Source: Candidatus Niyogibacteria bacterium CG10_big_fil_rev_8_21_14_0_10_42_19 (GTDB lineage: Bacteria; Patescibacteriota; Minisyncoccia; 1-14-0-10-42-19). From it: a stretch of 52,123 nt of DNA. Positions 17,970 through 25,280 of this stretch are shown here, in pieces; position 1 is the first letter of the stretch; every line of letters starts with the position of its first letter. The notes below the pieces were generated by a model. That model was not told the origin of the DNA. It made no database searches and saw nothing but the letters and a program-made list of their open reading frames with translations. Where the stretch lies: contig PFCN01000033.1 of NCBI GenBank assembly GCA_002774705.1, forward strand, positions 1,277 to 53,399. The letters run 5' to 3'. Both the position numbers and the translations under genes were made by a program.

Positions 17970-18077
17970 TTATACCTCTTCTTCTTCTCCTGCCTCCTCT
18001 TCATCCTCAACACCCTCATCTTCTGCCGACTCTTCGTTCTCTTCTTCATCCGAAAAACGAAATTCGTTAAGAATCAT
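17970..18077 (-). CDS. Candidate 35-aa highly acidic small protein (MILNEFRFSDEEENEESAEDEGVEDEEEAGEEEEV)
   Basis: ATG to TAA ORF, below the track cutoff. It ends 9 nt before the bidirectional terminator. No clear SD. It lies in an ~80-nt polypurine (minus-strand) tract, so it could be a compositional artefact. Confidence 0.35.
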   Translation of the reverse strand: MILNEFRFSDEEENEESAEDEGVEDEEEAGEEEEV

Positions 18078-18198
18078 AAAATATACTGGCTAATTATTAA
18101 AAACGACCTATCTTTCACCTGTCCTTAAAATAAACATTGGACTGGTTTGAATAGATATAGCAAACAGAATCAAGCTTGTAAAGAGTATTATCGATGGT

Positions 18199-18207
18199 TG
18201 TGGATAA
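18199..18207. promoter_or_regulatory. Perfect consensus DnaA box (TGTGGATAA) about 60 nt upstream of murB
   Basis: Exact 9/9 match to the reverse complement of TTATCCACA. Confidence 0.5.
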
Positions 18208-18265
18208 TCATAAAAAAGGGCGTATTATAAAGATATATGCTTAAAAAATTTATGGCCGGGTTTAA

Positions 18266-19168
18266 ATGAAAAATATAAAATTGAAAAATTTAACCTCCTT
18301 CCGTCTGGGTGGAGGCGCCAGAGTCATGTACTGCTTAGAGGAAAAAAACGCCCCCTTAATCCTGAAAAACCTGATAAAGAAAAAAATAAATTATTTTGTA
18401 GTCGGCGGAGGAACAAATATTATCGCATCCGATAAAGGTTTTGAAGGCGTGATCGTAAAAATTTCTTTTAATAAGATCCAGGTTTTAAAAAGCGGGATCC
18501 TGTGCGATGCGGGCGCGCCTTTAATGAAACTGGTTAACGAGGCTAATCGTTCCGGTTTTGCGGGCTTTGAAACCCTGGCCGGAATCCCCGGAACAGTCGG
18601 AGGGGCTCTTTTCGGAAATGCCGGCGCTTACGGAAAAGAGGTTTCCGAGGGCTTGAGCAAAATAAAAATATTTGACGGCTCTCGCGTTCGCTGGATCGCA
18701 AAAAATAAATGCGCATTTGCATACAGAGACAGTATTTTTAAAAAAAGGCCGTGGGTCATACTCCAGGCTCTTTTTAAATTAAAAAGGGGGGATAAAAAAA
18801 ATTTAATTAAAAAATCAAAAGAAATAATTTGTATCCGAAATAAAAAATATCCCCCTGATCTTAAGTGCGCAGGGTCTATTTTTAAAAATATCCCAGTCAA
18901 AAGCAGTATGGGACAAAAGCTTATAAAAAAAATGCCTCCGGAAAAGATTATCGGAGGGAAAATACCGGTAGGCTTTCTTCTTGAAACCGTCGGCGCTAAA
19001 GGAATGAGGGTTGGAGAAATAAGGGTTTCGGAAGATCACGCAAATCTCTTGATAAATAATGGGCGGGGCAAAGCCGATGAGGTCAAAACTATCATCAACA
19101 ATCTCAAGCTAAAAATAAAAAGAAAGTACGGAGTTGTTTTGGAAGAGGAGGTAAGATATCTTGAGTAG
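18266..19168 (+). CDS. murB: UDP-N-acetylenolpyruvoylglucosamine reductase
   Basis: LTSFRLGG.A, FAD-binding GGGTNI, and C-terminal MurB domain motifs. Confidence 0.9.
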   Translation: MKNIKLKNLTSFRLGGGARVMYCLEEKNAPLILKNLIKKKINYFVVGGGTNIIASDKGFEGVIVKISFNKIQVLKSGILCDAGAPLMKLVNEANRSGFAGFETLAGIPGTVGGALFGNAGAYGKEVSEGLSKIKIFDGSRVRWIAKNKCAFAYRDSIFKKRPWVILQALFKLKRGDKKNLIKKSKEIICIRNKKYPPDLKCAGSIFKNIPVKSSMGQKLIKKMPPEKIIGGKIPVGFLLETVGAKGMRVGEIRVSEDHANLLINNGRGKADEVKTIINNLKLKIKRKYGVVLEEEVRYLE

Positions 19169-19288
19169 ACTCAAGATTCGGGGTTAAAAATTTCGGCCGT
19201 TGTTTAAAAGTTTGTTTCGTTTTTACTTATCAATAACCTTGGCTCTTGAATTAAAATTTTTAACTTTAAATCTTGAGTTTTTAGCCGA

Positions 19289-19771
19289 TCAGGTCATCCC
19301 CAACCCCGACAACGCCACCGCTATCGCGTCCGCCTTATCATCCGGCTGAGGAGTTTCTTTAAGTCCCAAAAGGATGGTTATCATTTTTTGAACTTGCTTT
19401 TTATCGGCCTTCCCGTATCCGCAAACCGAGCTTTTTACCTGTGTCGGCGTAAATTCATAAACAGGCCTCGACCCCGCGAAAAAAATTATAACTCCCCTCA
19501 CTTCGGCCACGTTCATTGCTGTTTTTTGATTCGTATGAAAAAAAAGTTTTTCCATGGCGAGCGCGTCAGGACTGTGTTTATTTAAAAGTTTTTTTACGTG
19601 TTCCCCTATTAAAACCAATCTCTCGGGATAAGAAATTTTAGCCGAAGTTTCAAAACATCCGGCATCAATAAGAACATCTTTATTCCCGGAACGCTCCAAA
19701 ACAGCCCAACCGAGCCGTCCGTAGCCGGGGTCAAAACCGAGAATTTTTTTATTTATCTTGTAGGTCGGCAT
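19289..19771 (-). CDS. ruvC: Crossover junction endodeoxyribonuclease RuvC
   Basis: ILGFDPGYGRLGWAV (catalytic Asp), ...DKADAIAVAL. The track start at 19816 is TTG. The ATG at 19771, with GAGG 9 nt upstream, is preferred. Confidence 0.85.
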   Translation of the reverse strand: MPTYKINKKILGFDPGYGRLGWAVLERSGNKDVLIDAGCFETSAKISYPERLVLIGEHVKKLLNKHSPDALAMEKLFFHTNQKTAMNVAEVRGVIIFFAGSRPVYEFTPTQVKSSVCGYGKADKKQVQKMITILLGLKETPQPDDKADAIAVALSGLGMT

Positions 19772-20294
19772 TTGAATAGACCTCTTGAATATCGTCGTTA
19801 TTATCAAGAGCTTCAAAAAGTTTTAACAAAGACCCCTCGTCTGCCTCCGAGACAGCTGTGTCGGATTTCGCCTCCCAACCATCTTCCGTTTTGTTAAAAA
19901 GGAATTTTGCCGAACCGGGACCCGCCATTTTTGCGCCGTGGTCCGATAAAACATGCTTAATCTCCTGTGTCGTACGGTTAACGCTGTCGGTAATTCCGGT
20001 TACCATTATTGCGACTCCACCCGGGCCATATGCTTCGATCAAAAATTCAATCAACGCCTCTTTGTCCGCGCTTGAACCTCTTTTAATGGCGCGCTCTATA
20101 TTATCCGAAGGCATGTTGATTTCTTTTGCTTTGGATATGGCGAGTCGTAATACCGGATTTGTTTCGGGATCCGGTCCTTTTTCTCTTGCCGCTAAAGTAA
20201 TATAACGGGACAATTTGGAGTAAAGTTGACCCTTCTTTTTGTCGGTCGCCGCTTTTTTATGTTTTATTTGAGACCATTTGGAGTGTCCTGACAT
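19749..20294 (-). CDS. yebC: YebC/PmpR-family protein (short form, 181 aa)
   Basis: MSGHSKWSQIKHKKAATDKKKG...NMPSDNIERAIKRG...DDIQEVYSN. About 60 aa shorter than typical members. Conserved yebC-ruvC adjacency. Confidence 0.85.
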   Translation of the reverse strand: MSGHSKWSQIKHKKAATDKKKGQLYSKLSRYITLAAREKGPDPETNPVLRLAISKAKEINMPSDNIERAIKRGSSADKEALIEFLIEAYGPGGVAIMVTGITDSVNRTTQEIKHVLSDHGAKMAGPGSAKFLFNKTEDGWEAKSDTAVSEADEGSLLKLFEALDNNDDIQEVYSNADLQDK

Positions 20295-20299
20295 ATTTT

Positions 20300-20806
20300 T
20301 TATTTATGATTATTTTTAAATTTATTTGATTGCTCCAAAATAAGATCTTTTATGCCGGTAACATCCGGAATATCTTGAGCGGTAAAAGGGCGGCTGCCCG
20401 CTGTCTGCACCCGAATATTCCCGTATTTTAATATCGTAGCGATAAAGTTTGGAGTCTCTGATGTTACGTCCTGGATACGATCAAGTGAAAATTCCGAAAC
20501 CTCTCTCCTAAACAACCCCTTCTGCTCAATATCAACTATCCTTTTGTCGGTAATTATCCAAATATCAAGATAATAATCTATCCATCTCGTAAAAGCGGTA
20601 AAAAAAATAACTAAAACATAGACACTGAACAAATATTTAATTACAGGAAGAGCCAAATCGCCCCCGCCAATAACCGGCCCCGCGAACATAAATAAGACTA
20701 CGGGTAAAAAAAGCATGAGAATAATAATTAATATTTTCTCCGCTATGATTATCCAGTGCCGGTGAACTATTTTAATAATTTTTTCTTCCGAACGCAGTTT
20801 GAACAT
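20300..20806 (-). CDS. Membrane protein with a bacterial PH (YdbT/DUF304-like) domain
   Basis: Two N-terminal TM helices followed by ...ITDKRIVDIEQKGLFRREVSEF.L.RIQDV.... Confidence 0.55.
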   Translation of the reverse strand: MFKLRSEEKIIKIVHRHWIIIAEKILIIILMLFLPVVLFMFAGPVIGGGDLALPVIKYLFSVYVLVIFFTAFTRWIDYYLDIWIITDKRIVDIEQKGLFRREVSEFSLDRIQDVTSETPNFIATILKYGNIRVQTAGSRPFTAQDIPDVTGIKDLILEQSNKFKNNHK

Positions 20807-21011
20807 AAAAAATTAATTTCTCCCACGGAATATTAAAAAAATAAATAATGGAAACGATAATCAATATAAAAATAGCCACCATAAATATCCACGTCACCCA
20901 TTTTAATTTGTCTTGAGACGGAGCATATTCTTGATAATGATAAAAAATAGCGAAAACAAAACCTATCACAACCGCGGAAAAAACAATGTGTAAGATCAAA
21001 AACAATGTCAT
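20772..21011 (-). CDS. Small membrane protein (2 TM), unknown function
   Basis: Hydrophobic 79-aa ORF. The track start at 21032 is TTG and overlaps ruvB. The ATG at 21011 lies 5 nt after the ruvB stop. Confidence 0.45.
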   Translation of the reverse strand: MTLFLILHIVFSAVVIGFVFAIFYHYQEYAPSQDKLKWVTWIFMVAIFILIIVSIIYFFNIPWEKLIFYVQTAFGRKNY

Positions 21012-21015
21012 ATTT

Positions 21016-22029
21016 TTATGAAAAAAGCTCAAGGTCTCGGGGAGCCTCTTTCCCTAAATACTCCCACGCCGATCTTGTCGCCACCCTTCCTCTGGGAGTC
21101 CGTTTTATAAAACCAATCCTCAAAAGATAAGGTTCGTTCACTTCTTCAATTGTAGCATTTTCTTCGGAGGTAGCGGCGGCAATCGTCTGCAAACCCACCG
21201 GCCCTCCTCCGAATTTATCCACTATGGCTGAAAGTATTCTTCGGTCGGCCTCATCCAATCCTTTGTGATCAATACCGATAAGTTCCAGAGTTTTTTTGGC
21301 GACGTCCAGGTCAATCGAAGCAGACCCATGCACCTGAGCGTAATCACGCGCCCGTTTAAGAAGGCGGTTTGCGATACGTGGAGTTGCCCGGCTTCGCGCA
21401 GCGATATATTCTGCGGCATCTGCTTTAAGATCCACGCTTAAAACCGAGGAGGATTTTTTTATAATCTCCTTTAGTTCGTTTTCGTTATAAAAATCGAGGC
21501 GGAAAGAGCCACCGGAAAAACGGGACCTTAACGGAGCTGAAATTAGCGAGGCTCTGGTCGTGGCTGCAATCAAAGTGAAGGGTGGAAGATCAAGTTGGAT
21601 AGAGCGAGCCCCGGGTCCTTTCCCTATGATTATATCGATGGTTCTGTTCTCTAAAGCAGGATATAATACTTCCTCTATAGCTTTATTCAAACGATGAGCC
21701 TCATCAATAAAAAGAACATCCCCGGGCGACAAGTTTGTTAACAAAGAAGCGAGGTCTCCCACTCTTTCTATGGCTGGTCCTGACGTAACTTTAATTTGAG
21801 CGTCCATTTCTTTGGCGACCAAATGAGCTAAAGTGGTTTTGCCGAGTCCTGGCGGACCATAAAAAAATAAATGCTCAACGGATTCTTTTCGTCCTTTAGC
21901 GGCTTGAATAAGAATCGAAAGATTCCTCTTAGCTATTTCCTGCCCTATATAATCACCCCAAGAAGAGGGTCTTAACGCCGTTTCAATAGACTTATCGTCG
22001 GGATCCTGGTTTGACGAAATAAGATTCAT
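21016..22029 (-). CDS. ruvB: Holliday junction DNA helicase RuvB
   Basis: LRPSSW.DYIGQ, Walker A GPPGLGKTTLA, Walker B LFIDEAHRL, C-terminal winged helix. Confidence 0.95.
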   Translation of the reverse strand: MNLISSNQDPDDKSIETALRPSSWGDYIGQEIAKRNLSILIQAAKGRKESVEHLFFYGPPGLGKTTLAHLVAKEMDAQIKVTSGPAIERVGDLASLLTNLSPGDVLFIDEAHRLNKAIEEVLYPALENRTIDIIIGKGPGARSIQLDLPPFTLIAATTRASLISAPLRSRFSGGSFRLDFYNENELKEIIKKSSSVLSVDLKADAAEYIAARSRATPRIANRLLKRARDYAQVHGSASIDLDVAKKTLELIGIDHKGLDEADRRILSAIVDKFGGGPVGLQTIAAATSEENATIEEVNEPYLLRIGFIKRTPRGRVATRSAWEYLGKEAPRDLELFS

Positions 22030-22065
22030 GATTATTATATTAAATTGTCGTGGTTGTTAATGCTA

Positions 22066-22094
22066 TTGACAAATAAGATTTTTTAGAATATAAT
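22066..22094 (+). promoter_or_regulatory. Perfect sigma70-type consensus promoter (TTGACA-17 nt-TATAAT) with no downstream plus-strand ORF
   Basis: TTGACA at 22066-22071, a 17-nt spacer, and TATAAT at 22089-22094. Confidence 0.55.
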
Positions 22095-22155
22095 GCAACG
22101 TATTGAATTCAAATTAATTAAAAACTTACTTAGCTCTTCAAGTTTTTTTAGCTCC

Positions 22156-22289
22156 CAAGTCTCTAGGCAATTGAAGGCCAACACCTTAACCGGAATTATT
22201 CGCAGAGGACATGCTGGCTTCGGCTGGAATGCCCCTCGGAATAACTCTAAACCCGTTGTATAATACGGCGGGAATTGCCTAGAGATTTG
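22156..22289 (+). ncRNA. Candidate structured ncRNA of unknown family; strand uncertain
   Basis: A 17-bp closing stem (22156-22172 / 22273-22289, with a 13-bp perfect core TCTCTAGGCAATT/AATTGCCTAGAGA) encloses three sub-hairpins, including one capped by C(UUCG)G. No ORF. A consensus promoter lies 62 nt upstream. Confidence 0.4.
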
Positions 22290-22293
22290 AGAG

Positions 22294-23970
22294 TTATCTT
22301 GTTCCGATAACTCTTTCCAACTCCTCTAGAGTAGTTTCACCCTCTATAACTTTTAAAAATCCATCCTGAATAAGTGATGGCATGTTTTGGCGCTTCATTT
22401 CCTGCACTAAGTCGTTTTGGCTCGGATTTTGCATTATTAAATGCTCAACTTTATCGTCTATAAGAAGGATTTCAAAGGCACCTACTCTTCCTTTATACCC
22501 GGTGTTATTACATTCTTGGCATTTTTTCGGCCTCCAAAGCAAAATATTTTTTTCATCAATCTTTTCTTTACCGGGAATGTCGGGGAAGTTTTTTATAATG
22601 TTTTTTATCACCTCCATTTCTTCGTCGGTGGCCTTGCTTTGTCCTCGGCAATTTTTGCACAGCCTTCTTATTAAACGCTGGGCCATTGCAATGTTTATAG
22701 CAGGCGCGATGATCGAGGGTTTTACGCCAAGGTCTATCAGACGCGGAATAGTCCCCGCGGCATCATTGGTGTGGAGGGTTGAGAACACCAAATGACCGGT
22801 GAGCGCCGCGTGCATCGCGGTGTTGGCGGTTTCGAGGTCTCTTATTTCACCGACAAGTAGAATATCCGGATCCTGGCGCAGGATTGAACGAAGGCCGTCC
22901 GCAAAAGTATATCCTTCTTTAGTGTTAACTTGGGTCTGAGTAATACCGGGTATGTGATATTCTATCGGGTCTTCAATGGTTATTATTTTTTCCCCTGGTG
23001 TTTTTTTTCTACGAATAAAAGCGTAAAGGGTCGTGGTTTTGCCCGAACCCGTAGGGCCGGTCGTTAAAATCATCCCGTTGGGCGCTTTTAATTCCTGGTC
23101 AATAATCTTTAAAAATTGCTGAGACATCCCCAAGTCTTCCAAGGTCAATGCGATCGTTTTGGGATTCAATATCCTAAGCACGATAGATTCTCCGTACGGT
23201 CCAGGAAGAATTGATGTACGAATTTCTATATTGGTGTTCTCAAGTTTGATTGTAAAACGGCCGTCTTGAGGTTCCTCGTGGACGTTTAATTTTAATTCCG
23301 AGATTAGTTTTGTTCTTGATAATAAAAGTTTATACGCGCGAACCGTAAAAGTTATTATATCTTGCAGAACCCCGTCAAGCCTTAGTCTCATCAACGCTTC
23401 TTCCTCTCTGGGCTCAATATGAACGTCGGAAGCCTCTAATTGAAGCGCCCCCGCGAGAATCACTTCGAGAATTTCGGAGGTTTGTCTTTGTTTTTTTGAA
23501 TTAATGGTCGGAATAATAAGGTCTCTGAATTGTTCCACGTTCGTCACCCGTTGAACAAACTCTTTTATTCTCTCGGGCGAAACTTCAATAAATCCTTTTT
23601 TAAGCTCAACGAATTCCGGGACCTCGGCGTAGCGCGACCAGGCTCTCTGGAGACTATTGTCGGAAACCATAAAAATTTTTAAAACATACCCTTCTCTTTC
23701 AAGTTCGTCTAAAATTTCACGGGTTTGCGACATTTCCGGATTTCTGGTAGCCACCTGTAAGGATTTGCCTACTTTTTGAAATACGGCGACTTTACCCTGA
23801 ACGGCTTTCTGTTCGGTTACTAAGCGCAAGGCGTCAAGGTCTATAGTCATTTTAGAGAGGTCTATATATGGAATATTCCTTTTTTTTGAAATCATCTGCG
23901 CTAAGTCTTCCTCTTCGCGCTCACGAAGCTCTTTTAACATCTCTTCTGACCCGTCTTTCCCTATTATCAT
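22294..23970 (-). CDS. GspE/PilB-family secretion/pilus assembly ATPase (paralog 2)
   Basis: N-terminal T2SSE_N-like domain, Walker A GPTGSGKTTTLYA, Asp/His boxes, tetracysteine CKNC...CQECNNTGYKGR. Confidence 0.85.
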   Translation of the reverse strand: MIIGKDGSEEMLKELREREEEDLAQMISKKRNIPYIDLSKMTIDLDALRLVTEQKAVQGKVAVFQKVGKSLQVATRNPEMSQTREILDELEREGYVLKIFMVSDNSLQRAWSRYAEVPEFVELKKGFIEVSPERIKEFVQRVTNVEQFRDLIIPTINSKKQRQTSEILEVILAGALQLEASDVHIEPREEEALMRLRLDGVLQDIITFTVRAYKLLLSRTKLISELKLNVHEEPQDGRFTIKLENTNIEIRTSILPGPYGESIVLRILNPKTIALTLEDLGMSQQFLKIIDQELKAPNGMILTTGPTGSGKTTTLYAFIRRKKTPGEKIITIEDPIEYHIPGITQTQVNTKEGYTFADGLRSILRQDPDILLVGEIRDLETANTAMHAALTGHLVFSTLHTNDAAGTIPRLIDLGVKPSIIAPAINIAMAQRLIRRLCKNCRGQSKATDEEMEVIKNIIKNFPDIPGKEKIDEKNILLWRPKKCQECNNTGYKGRVGAFEILLIDDKVEHLIMQNPSQNDLVQEMKRQNMPSLIQDGFLKVIEGETTLEELERVIGTR

Positions 23971-25055
23971 TATTCCATTGTATCTTGTTCAAAAATTTTT
24001 AACAATTCACGGAGTTTTAGTTCCGCCTCTGTAAAGTTTTTAAAATCCTTAGTAAAAAAATAATTGTCCTCCTGCGCGACTTGCGCGCTTGCGGATGCTT
24101 TTTTTAAAAAAACTTCATCTTGAGAATATACGAGACCCGCTATTCCATTATTTTTTTCCCAAATTAAAAATGACGCGTTACAATAAGGCAAATTTGTGCG
24201 TATTTTTTCGGCGAGTCCCACAAAAAAAACCTTATTTCCCTCTTGTTCGGTCTTCATGTCTTTTTTGGAAAGAAATGTCCACGACACCGAAGATCCGGCA
24301 TTAAAATGCGTTCTTGCGAGAGCTCGCCCTAAAGTGTTGGCAAAATCAATATTTTTATTTTTAGTTAAAATATTCCTTAGTTTTTCTTTTTCCACCCCTT
24401 TCGCTAATAATTGATGCGCACATTTAAAAACCCCTTCGTCGGTCTTTTTTTGGAAATTGTCCGTTTCCAAAACCAACAAACCATATATCAGTGTCGCTAG
24501 GGTTTTGTTGTCCGCAAAAAATGACGGGTTTATAATTTCACATATATTAAAAATTTTTTGGGCAAGAGTGTGGCTATTTTTAGTAAAAAAAATCATTCCT
24601 TTTTTGGGAGGAAGAACAAAATTGGAAGACAGTTCTTCTAAATATTTTTTGTTTTCGGGAGAAAAAAATAAAAAAGCGGCATCAATCTCAAGAGTTTTTT
24701 TTGATATAATTATATCTTCTTTTTTTAATATTTTTTTTGGAGTAATAATAATGGAAAAAAGGTTGTTATTGTCCTCATATTTTATTTCTTCAATTGCGGT
24801 GTTTTTTGGAATCGAAATAATTATTTTTTCGGGGATAGCTCCGGTTTCTTTAAGTTTTCTTACGTCGTCAAAACCACCCAACAAATCATTCTCTCTTTGA
24901 GGGATATCTAAAACTTTCTTATTGGAAGCGCGTAAAATAAAACCGAGTATTTCGCCTGCAAAAAAAACGTCTATGCCGGCCTCTTTTTCTGATGCTATAA
25001 GAAAATTAGTTTTGTTTTTTATTAGATTCTTAAGGGTGTCTTCTACGTTGCTCAT
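23970..25055 (-). CDS. Hypothetical protein, translationally coupled to pilB paralog 2 (possibly a degenerate DHH/DHHA1-like fold)
   Basis: 361-aa AT-rich ORF. Its stop overlaps the pilB2 start (TAATG). The layout loosely resembles NrnA-like proteins, but DHH and GGGH motifs are not visible. Confidence 0.5.
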   Translation of the reverse strand: MSNVEDTLKNLIKNKTNFLIASEKEAGIDVFFAGEILGFILRASNKKVLDIPQRENDLLGGFDDVRKLKETGAIPEKIIISIPKNTAIEEIKYEDNNNLFSIIITPKKILKKEDIIISKKTLEIDAAFLFFSPENKKYLEELSSNFVLPPKKGMIFFTKNSHTLAQKIFNICEIINPSFFADNKTLATLIYGLLVLETDNFQKKTDEGVFKCAHQLLAKGVEKEKLRNILTKNKNIDFANTLGRALARTHFNAGSSVSWTFLSKKDMKTEQEGNKVFFVGLAEKIRTNLPYCNASFLIWEKNNGIAGLVYSQDEVFLKKASASAQVAQEDNYFFTKDFKNFTEAELKLRELLKIFEQDTME

Positions 25056-25086
25056 CCTTTTCTACTACCATTTTCCCGCGCCCTTG

Positions 25087-25180
25087 TAAATCCCGTTAGA
25101 AAGTCCCGTTAGAAAGTCCGCGTAATTTGGTCCAAAAAAACTGTTTTTATGAAATACGGATAAAATACTTTCTAACGGGA
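25087..25180. repeat. TCCCGTTAGAAAG motif: tandem pair (13-bp period) plus an inverted copy
   Basis: Direct copies at 25091-25104 and 25104-25117. Inverted copy ACTTTCTAACGGGA at 25167-25180. The proximal copy is 36 nt from the ATG at 25055. Confidence 0.75.
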
Positions 25181-25280
25181 TAAATCCCGGCCTACATGAA
25201 AATTTGTATATATTTTTAATAAAAAATTATTTTTTCCAAATAAAAACAGTATCCGTAAAATATTTTATTTTCGTGCGATA

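Noticed and set aside
17966-18049. A hyper-basic 27-aa ORF (MKKRTKSRQKMRVLRMKRRQEKKKRYN) in the polypurine tract.
   Set aside because: It overlaps the acidic frame, and both cannot be assumed real. Purine-rich repeats produce Lys/Arg or Glu/Asp runs in any frame. It is kept only as a note under the polypurine finding.
19167-19279. A 10-bp inverted repeat (GACTCAAGATT / AATCTTGAGT) spanning the murB-ruvC convergent spacer.
   Set aside because: The arms are ~90 nt apart and AT-rich. This is most simply a loose bidirectional termination region, and I found no further copies in the window.
22156-22289. Whether the structured element is 5S rRNA or SRP (4.5S) RNA, given its ~120-130 nt size and closing helix.
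   Set aside because: It has no 5S loop C/loop E signatures (CCGAAC, GATGGTAGT). It also lacks the SRP domain IV signature (GGAA-type tetraloop flanked by AGG / AGCA symmetric-loop strands). Similarity to either is superficial.
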